NCBI GenBank assembly: GCA_029858565.1
Contig: JAOUEV010000002.1
Span: 64,001 to 128,000 of the forward strand
Source: Nitrospirota bacterium
GTDB lineage: Bacteria; Nitrospirota; UBA9217
Length of the DNA: 64,000 bases
Direction of reading: 5' to 3'
Shown: piece after piece, positions 20,801-29,826 of the stretch
How positions within the stretch are numbered: position 1 is the stretch's first letter
Layout of the letters: each line of letters starts with the position of its first letter
The notes under the pieces: generated by a model
Databases searched by the model: none
Told to the model about the DNA's origin: nothing
What the model saw: the letters and a program-made list of their open reading frames with translations, nothing else
Program-made: the position numbers and the translations under genes

Positions 20801-21468
20801 GCGTCCCCTTCGCGCCGGACGAGCACGGTCTCCGCCGTCGTGCTGGGTGTGGGCCACCGCAGGATAAAGGGAAAAAGATATTTTTCAGGATCCACCCGCA
20901 GGGAGATAGCCCCGATCGCCCGATTTCCCGTCGATACATCGAGGATGGGGATGAGCACTGAGAGATATATTCTCTGGTCATGGTCGTGCAGGTAGAAATC
21001 CACAAACGTTATCCGTCCTGACCGCAGGACCTCGGGCACGCTTTGTAATACAGCTGCCGGGACAACCGTTCGCCCCGACGGGGATGACATGCGCACTGCT
21101 CCCTTCGGATCGAGCAGGCTGACCTCGTCATAGTCATAGTGCCCTTGGTATTGGCTTACCCAGACGCGCATCTGCTGCTCGACCCCATCGTCCTGAGGGT
21201 TCCTGAAATAGTGCGAAGTCTGCCTGAACAGGGCGGTGTTATTGAAAATGATTTTGGCATCCCCCAGGCGCTCCCTCCGCCATTGCTTCAGTTCTTCAAC
21301 CTTCAGATCGGCAATGGCCGACAACTCACGCTCCACCTGGGCTCGGTAGCGCTTTTCGTAGCCCTGGTAACCCAGAAAGCCGGCAACCATGAAGCCCGCC
21401 GTCAGGACGGCAAATATCCCGATGAATCCCAGCGGGACGGTATTTTTCTTCTTGATTTCAGCCGACAT
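17827..21468 (-). CDS. Membrane hybrid sensor histidine kinase (Cache-like, multiple PAS, HisKA, HATPase, REC)
   Basis: Two TM segments, PAS repeats ending DIT, GGVAHDFNNIL, NLATNARDAM, GTGLG, C-terminal REC. Confidence 0.92.
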   Translation of the reverse strand: MSAEIKKKNTVPLGFIGIFAVLTAGFMVAGFLGYQGYEKRYRAQVERELSAIADLKVEELKQWRRERLGDAKIIFNNTALFRQTSHYFRNPQDDGVEQQMRVWVSQYQGHYDYDEVSLLDPKGAVRMSSPSGRTVVPAAVLQSVPEVLRSGRITFVDFYLHDHDQRIYLSVLIPILDVSTGNRAIGAISLRVDPEKYLFPFILRWPTPSTTAETVLVRREGDAVLYLNELKFRKDAALRLRIPLTRTDVPPVMAALGRTGIVEGPDHQNEQVIADVRAVPGSPWFLVTRMNASEVYAPMRERLWTFLGLVAALLFGAGAGLAFVWRQQALLYYRERFQAAEALDKGRHMLAETEKLGKVGGWELNIDTGKLTWTEELYNLHEADLAYDPTAGKVTDFYTPASRPLIERAVHRAVEHGEPFDERLEIITAKGNRRSVHVRGKADLEHRRVYGFIQDITENKRAEQILRSKSELLERIFATTHFSLVYLDREFNFIRVNTAYAKACGCPEDFFPGKNHFQLYPNAENEAIFREVVKTGNAFMIRAKPFANPGHPEWGITYWDWTLHPLKDADGNVEALLLVLLDVTESKRAEQALRDAEARYRLLFEQSPNGVLLIDFETGKAVETNEVAHRQLGYTREEFAALRISDYEVLERPEDTERRIDKILRDGGDDFDTLHRTKSGELRNVHVSVKALELGGRVFAYCIFQDITERMQAEQRYQHILKTAIDGFWVSDSHGRLLEVNDAYCRMSGYSREELMLMSVADLDVVENQEEIARHIDKVIRQGYERFESRHRRKDGTIMDLEISAQYLHEHGGIFISFFQDITGRKKLEDQLRQAQKMESIGTLAGGVAHDFNNILTAISGSGHLLLMKMPAGDPLLQNVRDILESVERAVHLTRDLLLFSRKQPINRKSVDLNENIHKLGRFLARVIGEDIEFKTRLSGGAIRILADSHQLDQVLMNLATNARDAMPKGGAFSVTTDQVLLDETFTSAHGLGTPGKYALITVSDTGRGMNEDTRQRIFEPFFTTKEVGKGTGLGMAVVYGIVKQHDGLVTVYSEPGQGTTFRIYLPVIAGAAIEERENVAEERPVGGPETILLAEDNKSVRNVTANILRDMGYRVITAEDGVDAIEKFAENKDSIALLLFDLIMPRKNGKDAYDEIRLARPDIKVIFASGYDPDLVRQKTLLEQNVPVVYKPVPIPALLKKIRTVLDEEKGQ

Positions 21469-21608
21469 AATGCGTCCTTGGCATTTTGCCCGAGTATTCA
21501 GCCATGACAGCGTTCTCTTCACTTCATCCGGCGCATATTCAAACGGCGCCGTTATGTCTATAAATGTATTTTACACTACTACTGAACTATCGTCCGGCGA
21601 GAGCGGAT

Positions 21609-24497
21609 TCACCGATCCAGGAGCTCGCGAATCCTGGTCAGCAGCATGACAGGCGAAGACGGTTTTGTCAGGAAGTTCAGGCTTTCGTCGAGAACGTCTT
21701 TCCGGTGAATGATCTCATCGGAATAGCCGCTCAGGAAAAGGGCCTTTACCTCCGGCTTCATCGCCTTGATCTCCTCGTACGCTTCCATGCCGCTCTTCCC
21801 GGGCATGAGGACGTCCATGATGAGCAGTTGAATGTCGTTCCTGTTCTCGTTGAATTTGCGGACAGCGTCCTCCCCGTCCGACGCGTCGATGACCCGGTAC
21901 CCGGATTCCTCGATGACTTCTTTTGTGGTTTTCCTCACCATTGCGTCGTCATCGGCGAGAAGAATACATTCTTTCCCGCGCGCAGGCGCGCCGGGCCGCT
22001 CTTCAGCGCCGCGTTCGTCCAAGGCCAGGGGCAGATAGATGTTGAACACGGTCCCCGCGCCAGGCGCGCTGAAACAGTCGATAAAGCCGTTGTGCTGCTT
22101 GATGATGCCGTATGCGATGGAAAGTCCGAGGCCCGTGCCTTTTCCGAGTTCTTTTGTCGTAAAGAACGGCTCGAAGATCCTTTTCCGCGTTTGGTCGTCC
22201 ATGCCTGTTCCGGTATCGGCAACTGACAGGTGCGCATAGTCGCCGACCCTGCCGAACCCGTATTCAGCTATGTAGGCGTCATCCATCCTCGCGCGTCCCG
22301 CGGATATCGTGAGCGTTCCGCCCCGGGGCATGGAATCCCGAGCATTGGCGACCAGGTTCATCAGGACCTGCTCCAATCGGCCGCTGTCCGCCAGGACCGT
22401 CAAATCCGGATCTGTTTGCACGATATTCAGGTGGATTTCCTCGCCCGCCATTCCGGCCATGAGCTTTTGCATCTTTTGCACCAGCGCATTCACGTCCAGG
22501 GGCCTCGGATTGATGACCTGTTTTCTGCTGAACGCGAGGAGGTCCCTCGTAAGAGCGGCCGCCTTCTCGGAAGAAGCGCGAATGTCCTCGATGTAGGGGG
22601 TCAGGGGGCCCTGGTCGCCCAGTTTCATTCCCAGGATATAAACGTCACCCAGTATCGCCGTCAGGATATTGTTGAAATCATGGGCCACGCCGCCGGCAAG
22701 CTGGCCCACCGCCGCGAGCTTTTGCGACTGGAAGAGCTGCTCCTCGAGCTTTTTTCGTTCCGTGATGTCCCGCACCACGTGGATAAAACCGACCATCCGG
22801 TCATTTTTGTCAAGACGGGGAATCGCCCGGATCTCGATGAACTTGTTCAGGTGCGGTTCGAACATCTCAACGACCGTCAGTTGGCCGGTGATCAGGCTTT
22901 TGCAGCTTGTGCAGGAAGCGGGCGGGGACTCAGCGCCATGATAAAGCCGGTAGCATTTTCGAGAGGAGTCGCCGAGCAGCGGCAGGTTCAGCAGTTGTTC
23001 CGCCGCCTTGTTCGCCCTGATGACGTTGAAATTCTTGTCATGGATCGTGACCATGTCGGTGATCGTGTTGAAAGTATCTTCCCAGTCTTGTTTTGACTGA
23101 AGGATCTTTTCCTCGGCCTGCTTCTGTTCGGTGATGTCCTGAACGGTGCCGACCAGCCGAATGGGCCGGCCGGTCCCGGAGAGAATCATCTCGCCCCGTC
23201 CTCGCAACATGCGGATCGAGCCGTCGGGCAGGATGACGCGAAATTCCAGTTCGTCGGGAGCGGCGCCGGTCCCCATGGCGAGGGCCTTGATATGCTCCCG
23301 CATCGCCTCGCGGTCCTCGGGATGAAGCAAGCCTATCAGGGATTCCGCGGTAGGCGTGAATTGCCCGGGGGAAACGCCGTAGAGGCGATAGGTTTCCTCC
23401 GTCCAGGTGATCGCATCCGTTGCCAGATCGGCCGACCAGCTCCCGATGTGGCCGATCCTCTGTGACTCGGACAGGAGATATTCCTTTTCCCGCAGCGCTT
23501 CCTCGGCCTGCTTGCGTTCGGTGATATCGCGGATGAATGAAATGAATACTTTTTGGGAGCGAAAATAGGCAAGGCTGATCTCGACGTCGAAAACCCGGCC
23601 TTCTTTGTCCCTGTGCCTGCTTTCGAACCGGGCTTTCCCGTCGGCAATGACCTTCCGTATGCGCCGGGCGACATCCTCGGGGTTGTCGATTACCTCAAGA
23701 TCGGGGATCGAAAGGGAGGATAATTCCTCCTTTGTGTATCCGGTCATCCTGCAGTAGCTCTCATTTGAGTCCAGTATGTTCCCCTTTTCGTCAACCAGCA
23801 GGTATCCGAACAGATCGGTCGCTTTTAACGTCTCGTATTGTTCCGCGTATCCTTTGATCGCTTCCTCGGTCCGCCTGCGCTCGGTGATGTCCTCGCCGGA
23901 AAAAAGCGCGCCGATGATCGTCCCCTGATCGTCTTTCAGCAGCGCGGTATGCCATGCAATGGTCCGCTCTTCGCCGTTTTTCGTAATAACAGCGCCCTCG
24001 AAATACTCCGGCTGCTTGGCATCCGGACCGCTGTCCATGATCCGGCTGAAAACCGATTTCACATCGCTCCGGACCTTCTCCGGCACGGCAAGCTCGAACC
24101 AGTTCTTGCCCATGAGGTCGCTTTTTTCATGTCCCAGCACGTTGCAGCCTTTCCTGTTGATCAGCGCAATGCTCTGGTCGCGGTTGATGACCACCAGCAT
24201 GGTCCCCGCGACATCGAGATAGCGCTGCATCCGGTCCCGCTCCGTGTTGACGATCTTTTCCGTCAATGCCCGCCGCTCCGCGAGCAGGAGCGGCTTGAAA
24301 ACCCAGAAAAAGAGGGCTGTCAGCGAAGCAAGGGCGAGAGTTGCGACATCGGTAACGGCACGCGCTGTTTCAGACATCCAGGTTTCGGATTTCGACACGT
24401 GAAAGAAAACATGGATCAACAGTTCCACGAGGGCGACCGTTCCAACGACCATCAAGAGAGAGCGTAAAGCGGAATATGTGCGGAATTGCCTGGGCAT
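21609..24497 (-). CDS. Hybrid sensor histidine kinase (4 PAS, HisKA, HATPase, REC)
   Basis: AHDFNNIL, NLVANARD, FEPFFTTK, GTGLG, REC (LADDD...D...KP). Confidence 0.92.
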   Translation of the reverse strand: MPRQFRTYSALRSLLMVVGTVALVELLIHVFFHVSKSETWMSETARAVTDVATLALASLTALFFWVFKPLLLAERRALTEKIVNTERDRMQRYLDVAGTMLVVINRDQSIALINRKGCNVLGHEKSDLMGKNWFELAVPEKVRSDVKSVFSRIMDSGPDAKQPEYFEGAVITKNGEERTIAWHTALLKDDQGTIIGALFSGEDITERRRTEEAIKGYAEQYETLKATDLFGYLLVDEKGNILDSNESYCRMTGYTKEELSSLSIPDLEVIDNPEDVARRIRKVIADGKARFESRHRDKEGRVFDVEISLAYFRSQKVFISFIRDITERKQAEEALREKEYLLSESQRIGHIGSWSADLATDAITWTEETYRLYGVSPGQFTPTAESLIGLLHPEDREAMREHIKALAMGTGAAPDELEFRVILPDGSIRMLRGRGEMILSGTGRPIRLVGTVQDITEQKQAEEKILQSKQDWEDTFNTITDMVTIHDKNFNVIRANKAAEQLLNLPLLGDSSRKCYRLYHGAESPPASCTSCKSLITGQLTVVEMFEPHLNKFIEIRAIPRLDKNDRMVGFIHVVRDITERKKLEEQLFQSQKLAAVGQLAGGVAHDFNNILTAILGDVYILGMKLGDQGPLTPYIEDIRASSEKAAALTRDLLAFSRKQVINPRPLDVNALVQKMQKLMAGMAGEEIHLNIVQTDPDLTVLADSGRLEQVLMNLVANARDSMPRGGTLTISAGRARMDDAYIAEYGFGRVGDYAHLSVADTGTGMDDQTRKRIFEPFFTTKELGKGTGLGLSIAYGIIKQHNGFIDCFSAPGAGTVFNIYLPLALDERGAEERPGAPARGKECILLADDDAMVRKTTKEVIEESGYRVIDASDGEDAVRKFNENRNDIQLLIMDVLMPGKSGMEAYEEIKAMKPEVKALFLSGYSDEIIHRKDVLDESLNFLTKPSSPVMLLTRIRELLDR

Positions 24498-24594
24498 GGG
24501 ATTATCGGCTTACCTTTCAGCTGGTTACATTGTATTCAATTATAACGCATTGTGCGTCCGCGCGGCCGGGAAATCCGGGCATCAGGGGCGTCAG

Positions 24595-25701
24595 CTACGC
24601 GGGGCAGGCTGTCCTGCCGAGAAGGGAATGGTCTTCCGCTTCATCGCTGATTTTCTCGAACAGGGGCGCCGCGCGGAGAAAGGCCTTCAGCACCTCGGGA
24701 TCGAAGTGCGAAGGCGACGTCCGTCCGTCGCCGTGCAGGATTATATCGCATGCGGTCTTGTGATCGCACACGGGTTTATACGGCCTCTTGCACCGCAAGG
24801 CGTCATACACGTCCGCAAGCATGACGATCCTGCCTTCCAGGGGGATCTCGTCGCCCTTCAGACCGTTCGGATATCCCGAGCCGTCCCACCGTTCGTGGTG
24901 GTTCAGAGCGATCGATGCGGCCATCTGCACGGAAGGGTATGAGGAGCCGGAAAGCATTTCCGCCCCGAGGAGGGTGTGCGTTTTCATGATCTCGAACTCC
25001 CGCATTGTGAGTTCGCCGGGTTTCAGCAATACGCTGTCCGGAATGGCGATCTTTCCGATGTCGTGCATGGTGCTCGCAAAGGAAATCCTCTCGACGAAAT
25101 CCGGCGCTTTGCCCAGCGCTTCGGCGAGCTTGTTCGAGTACAGCCTGATCCGGGAGATATGCGAGCCCGTGTCCCTGTCCCGGTATTCCGACACGACGAT
25201 CAGCCGCTGAATCAGCTCCGTATTCATGCATTTCATCTGCAGCAGGGCCTCGGACAGTTCCTGCGTTTTCTGTTTGACAAGGGTCTCAAGCAGGCTTTTC
25301 CCGTTTTTCTCAAGCCGCCGGTTTTTTCTGCAATCCACCGCCCGCTTTATGGAATCCAGGAGATAGTCGGGCTGATAGGGCTTGGTCACAAAATCGAAGG
25401 CGTCTTTTTTCACCGCGTCGATCGCCATATCAAGCTCGGCCGATCCGGTCATCAGTACGACGGGCAGCTCCGGGTCGACGGCATGGATTTCGTTCAGCAG
25501 CTGAAGGCCGGAAAGCCCCGGCATTTTGATGTCCGACAGCACGGCGTCAAAATCAATGCACTGCAGTTTGTCGACCGCCTCCCGCGGGTCTCCGCAGGAA
25601 ATCACTTCGTAGCCTTTTTCACGAAACAGCGATGAGGTGACCCGGAGGGCGGCCTCGTTGTCGTCGACTATCAGTATTGAATCGCGAAATGATACGCTCA
25701 T
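24595..25701 (-). CDS. REC-HD-GYP response regulator phosphodiesterase (RpfG-like)
   Basis: N-terminal REC; HDIGK; HHERWDGSGYP; RPYK. Confidence 0.93.
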   Translation of the reverse strand: MSVSFRDSILIVDDNEAALRVTSSLFREKGYEVISCGDPREAVDKLQCIDFDAVLSDIKMPGLSGLQLLNEIHAVDPELPVVLMTGSAELDMAIDAVKKDAFDFVTKPYQPDYLLDSIKRAVDCRKNRRLEKNGKSLLETLVKQKTQELSEALLQMKCMNTELIQRLIVVSEYRDRDTGSHISRIRLYSNKLAEALGKAPDFVERISFASTMHDIGKIAIPDSVLLKPGELTMREFEIMKTHTLLGAEMLSGSSYPSVQMAASIALNHHERWDGSGYPNGLKGDEIPLEGRIVMLADVYDALRCKRPYKPVCDHKTACDIILHGDGRTSPSHFDPEVLKAFLRAAPLFEKISDEAEDHSLLGRTACPA

Positions 25702-25716
25702 ACGCCGGCCTCTTCT

Positions 25717-26145
25717 TCATGCCGGCTGCTTGACCGTGGTGCGGCATCGATCAAGAAGGCCGAACTTGCTTATTTCTTCGAGCAGCTTTTCCCTGCTGAT
25801 CGGCTTGACAAGGTACGCTGTCGCGCCGCCCTGGTAATACGAGGCGAAAACGTTCTTGGGCGTGTCCAGGGCCGAGATCATGAGCACCTTGACCTCATCC
25901 CGGCTTTTGACGCCCTGCGTTTTCTCGAGTTCCCGTATCCTGACGAGGGCCTCCTGCCCGTCCAGCTTCGGCATCATGATGTCCAGGCAGATCAGTTCGT
26001 ACGGCTTTTTATCCTCCCATGCAAGGCGATATGCCTGGACGGCCTCGCTGCCGTCAATGGCGATGTCGCAGTCTCCGTGCGGAGAGAGTATGTCCTTCAA
26101 GATGCGGCGCGATATGAAATCGTCTTCAACAATCAGGGTCTTCAT
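25717..26145 (-). CDS. Single-domain response regulator (CheY-like)
   Basis: LIVEDD, LDIMMP, YLVKP; 4-nt overlap with the upstream kinase. Confidence 0.9.
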   Translation of the reverse strand: MKTLIVEDDFISRRILKDILSPHGDCDIAIDGSEAVQAYRLAWEDKKPYELICLDIMMPKLDGQEALVRIRELEKTQGVKSRDEVKVLMISALDTPKNVFASYYQGGATAYLVKPISREKLLEEISKFGLLDRCRTTVKQPA

Positions 26146-28049
26146 GTTTCCGTCCTCCTGGATATTGTTCCTTGCCTGTCCCGGTCGGCATTGATCCGGT
26201 CAAAAAGCGCTGCTGAACGTTCAAGGTCGCCTTTTCTTGCCGCAAGCTGGACCCTGAACGCGTCATCCGAAAGTTTGCCTAAATTCGCGGCCGCGGCGCT
26301 GTCTTTCAGCTTCCGCGCGTATTCCTCTATCAGGACATCGTTCCGGAGAGCGATTGCGCTGCTCAACGCATGAATGTGTTCCCGCACCTCGTGAAGGCCG
26401 CCGGCCCCGTCGGTTTGCCGAGCCTCGCGGTCCCGCCTCCCGTCGGGGCACTCTCCCTCTGGTCCGACGGACCACGTGACCCAATCAACAGGCGGGGCCG
26501 CCTTGGGCCGTTGAAGCCCCGCCCGAACGATAACGTAAAACGCGCTTCCCTTCCCGATCTCGCTCTCGACCCGGATGCCGCCGCCCATCAATTCCGCGAG
26601 CCTTTTCGCGATGCTTAAGCCCAGCCCGGTGCCGCCGTATTTCCGGGTGGTCGAGCTGTCGACCTGCCGGAAGGACTCGAAAATAGCATGAAGGCGATTC
26701 TGCGGTATTCCGATGCCCGTATCGCGCACGACAAAGCGCAGCGCCGTCGAGGCCCCGTTCTGCTCGTCCGCGGTCACGGAGACCGACACTTCTCCGTGAA
26801 GGGTGAACTTGATCGCGTTGTTGACCAGGTTCGTGATGATCTGTCTCAGCCTGCCGGCGTCACCGACAAGAAGGTCCGGCACAACGGCCGGGACCGCGCA
26901 GCGGAAAGCGAGGCCTTTTTTGCGAAGCTCCACGAGCAGCGGGCTGATGGAGGCCTTTACGGTTTGCCTCAGGCTGAAGGCGTGTCGGTCGAGCTCGAAC
27001 CGGCCCGATTCGATCCTGGATACATCGAGGACATCGTTCAAAAGTCGCAGCATCGCCTCGGCGGATGTTTTGCACATGCCGATATATTCGCGCTGCTGCC
27101 GGTCGGCCCCGGCATTGAGCAGCAGGTCCAACATGCCGATCACGCCGTTCATCGGGGTGCGGATCTCGTGGCTCATGTTGGCGAGGAATTCCGATTTTGC
27201 CCGTGAGGACTCGATTGCGGCCTTCCGCGCCTCGATCAATTCCTCCTCGGCCTTCTTGCGGTCCGTGATGTCCCTGACGATATGGATCAGTCCGATCACT
27301 TCCTTTTTGCCGTTGAGGCGCGGGAGCGCCCTGAATTCGAGGTGTTTGTTCAAATGCGGCTCAAAGGTCTCGAAACTGACCGGTTTCCCGGTCAGTAATG
27401 CGGCGCAGGACGGGCACCCCGGCGTCGTCGTATCGGTCCCATGATAGTGTTTGCAGCACCTCGGCTTTCCCGGAATGCATGACGACAGCCGCAGGGTCTC
27501 TCGCGCGGCCTTGTTCGCGAAAATGACATTATAGTCCCTGTCATGAATGGTGATCATGTCCGTTATCGTATTGAAGGTATTTTCCCAGTCCTGGGCCGAC
27601 TGGGCCACCGTTTCTTCAAGCAGGGCTACCGCATGCTTATCGGCCTGGATGCGCTTGAATTCGCTTATCGCGCGTTCCACGATTTGGACAAGCTGTTCAT
27701 GCCGATAGGGCTTGATAATGAAATCAAAGGCGCCTTTTTTCACGGCGTCTATCGCCATGTCCAGGTCCGCGTGCGCCGACATCAGCACCACGGGAAGGTC
27801 CCGGTCCCGTTCATGGAGCTTCTCGAGAAGCTCCAGGCCGCTCATTTCAGGCATCTTGATGTCCGAAATCACCGTTGCATAGGCGTTCTTCCGCGCAAGC
27901 TCCAGGGCTGTGACGGGATTGTCCGCAGGATCAACAGGGAATCCGTGAAGTTCCAGGAGATCCCTTACGGTTCTCAGCACCGAAGCCTCGTCGTCGACCA
28001 GCAGGACCCGCTGGTCGTTCCGGATGACTATCGTCTCGTTTGTATGCAC
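26142..28049 (-). CDS. REC-PAS-histidine kinase with degenerate HPt-like tail
   Basis: REC; PAS; FLANMSHEIRTPMNG; NAIKFT; GGTGLGL; tail ARKLKDSAAAANLG. Confidence 0.88.
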   Translation of the reverse strand: MHTNETIVIRNDQRVLLVDDEASVLRTVRDLLELHGFPVDPADNPVTALELARKNAYATVISDIKMPEMSGLELLEKLHERDRDLPVVLMSAHADLDMAIDAVKKGAFDFIIKPYRHEQLVQIVERAISEFKRIQADKHAVALLEETVAQSAQDWENTFNTITDMITIHDRDYNVIFANKAARETLRLSSCIPGKPRCCKHYHGTDTTTPGCPSCAALLTGKPVSFETFEPHLNKHLEFRALPRLNGKKEVIGLIHIVRDITDRKKAEEELIEARKAAIESSRAKSEFLANMSHEIRTPMNGVIGMLDLLLNAGADRQQREYIGMCKTSAEAMLRLLNDVLDVSRIESGRFELDRHAFSLRQTVKASISPLLVELRKKGLAFRCAVPAVVPDLLVGDAGRLRQIITNLVNNAIKFTLHGEVSVSVTADEQNGASTALRFVVRDTGIGIPQNRLHAIFESFRQVDSSTTRKYGGTGLGLSIAKRLAELMGGGIRVESEIGKGSAFYVIVRAGLQRPKAAPPVDWVTWSVGPEGECPDGRRDREARQTDGAGGLHEVREHIHALSSAIALRNDVLIEEYARKLKDSAAAANLGKLSDDAFRVQLAARKGDLERSAALFDRINADRDRQGTISRRTET

Positions 28050-28161
28050 GGTTCTTTCCTTCCGCTGCGCGTGACGCCTTTGTCAGGGCCGGCGATGCGC
28101 GCTCCGCAAGCGCCCGGAGGACCGCCGCGGGAACATCGGCAGCAGGCGCGCCGTTCTCTCT

Positions 28162-29037
28162 TCATTGCGGCCTCCGGTAGATCGTCGGGGCCGTTGCGAC
28201 CAGCGGCACGTCCATGTTGTGGATGGTCTCGGAGTGGCCCAGGAAAAGGTAGCCGCCCGGCCCCAGGTGGCGGCAGAATTTATTCATCAGCTGCTCCTGC
28301 GTAGGCCTGTCGAAATAGATGATGACGTTGCGGCAAAAAATGACATCGATCTTGTCTCGAATGGAGAATCGGTCCTCCATGAAATTCAGCCGCTGGAATG
28401 CCACCTTTTCCCTGATCCAGGGCGCAATGCGCACGAGGTTCTTGCTGCTGTCCTTGCTCCGCAGCAGGTATTTCGCTTTCAGCTTTTCGGGGATCGGGGC
28501 CGCTCTTTCCCGGTCGTATACGGCAAGCCAGGCCTTTTCCAGCGCACGGGTGCTGATGTCCGTGGCCAGGACCTTGAAATCGAAACCCGGCCGGGTCTCG
28601 GCAAATTCGCTCAGGACCATCGCCAGGGTATAGGGCTCTTCGCCCGTGGAGCAGCCTGCGCTCCAGACGGTGATCCGCTTGCGCTCCCTCCCTGCGCCTG
28701 CATCGATGAGCGAGGGCAGGGCTTGCGCTGCAAGATAATCGAAGTGGGAGGGTTCCCTGAAAAAATCGGTCTTGTTCGTGGTGACGGCGTCGATGCAGTG
28801 GATGAGCTCGCCGTTCCTCCCTGCATCGGTGAGCAGGTATTCACGGTAATCCTTGAGCGTCGTGATGCCGAGTGCCCGCAGGCGTTTCTGCAGCCGGGCT
28901 TCAAGCATGACCCTTTTGGCAGGGGGCATTTTGATGCCGCATTCCTTCTGAATAAAGGCGCGCAGGCTGCGCTGATCGTCCCCGGGCGATGAGGACGTCA
29001 CGGGACCGGATTTCAATGAAGTCTCCACGGTAATCAT
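28162..29037 (-). CDS. cheR: Chemotaxis methyltransferase
   Basis: TTNKTDFFRE, WSAGCSTGEEPY, ATDIS, IFCRNVIIYF, LGHSE. Confidence 0.95.
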   Translation of the reverse strand: MITVETSLKSGPVTSSSPGDDQRSLRAFIQKECGIKMPPAKRVMLEARLQKRLRALGITTLKDYREYLLTDAGRNGELIHCIDAVTTNKTDFFREPSHFDYLAAQALPSLIDAGAGRERKRITVWSAGCSTGEEPYTLAMVLSEFAETRPGFDFKVLATDISTRALEKAWLAVYDRERAAPIPEKLKAKYLLRSKDSSKNLVRIAPWIREKVAFQRLNFMEDRFSIRDKIDVIFCRNVIIYFDRPTQEQLMNKFCRHLGPGGYLFLGHSETIHNMDVPLVATAPTIYRRPQ

Positions 29038-29214
29038 AAAGCGTAACCCCTTCCGTAGGGCAGGTCGTTCTTCGCCGTGTTTCCTGTCTGAGAGCGCGGT
29101 GCGTTCCCGGCCCCGGGCCGTTTCGGCGATTGGTCCCTCCGCTTTCTTCACGGACGAACAAGTACCTCATAGCATGGCGGCCCAGTTCCGTAATAAACCG
29201 GAATGGACCTCCGC

Positions 29215-29709
29215 TTACGCCGCAACCTCGCCGGCCTCGTGGATGTCAGCCAGTTCGTCCGACGAAAACACACTGTCGATATCGAGAATCATGAGAAAAC
29301 GGTCATTCTGCTTTCCCATGCCCTTGATGAAGTCCGTTTTCAGGTGCGTGCCGATCCGCGGCGCTGGTTCGATGTTGTCCGCGTCGAGATCCATCACCTC
29401 CTGGACGGAGTCCGCCAGCACGCCGAGAATGACGGTTTCATTGTTGACCTTCACCTCGACAATGATGACGCAGGTGTTCACTGTCTTTTCCGTCACCGTC
29501 ATTCCGAACTTCAGCCGGAGGTCGATGACCGGGACCACGCTTCCCCGGAGGTTGATGACGCCGCGCATGAATTCGGGCGTCTTCGGCACCTTGGTGACGC
29601 TGGTGAAGTCCAGTACCTCGCGGACCGTGGATATATCGAGGGCGAAGATCTCGTCCTGGAGTTTGAAGGTCAGGTACTGCGTCATTTGACTTATTTCCGC
29701 TACGCTCAT
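29215..29709 (-). CDS. cheW: Chemotaxis coupling protein
   Basis: QYLTF, VREV, GVINLRGSVVPVIDLR. Confidence 0.95.
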   Translation of the reverse strand: MSVAEISQMTQYLTFKLQDEIFALDISTVREVLDFTSVTKVPKTPEFMRGVINLRGSVVPVIDLRLKFGMTVTEKTVNTCVIIVEVKVNNETVILGVLADSVQEVMDLDADNIEPAPRIGTHLKTDFIKGMGKQNDRFLMILDIDSVFSSDELADIHEAGEVAA

Positions 29710-29726
29710 GGAAAGCCTCCTTGAAT

Positions 29727-29826
29727 CAGAAGCCAGAGGCCAGACGGTCAGAAGACAGGCGAGGGCGGCATCGTCTTATCCATAGCACCTGTCTGTCCTC
29801 TGTCCTCTGTGCTCTGTAGTCTGGTT
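29727..29826. repeat. Intergenic heptamer-repeat inverted element
   Basis: CAGAAGC CAGAGGC CAGACGGT CAGAAGA ... CTGTCCT CTGTCCT CTGTGCT CTGTAGT. Confidence 0.7.
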
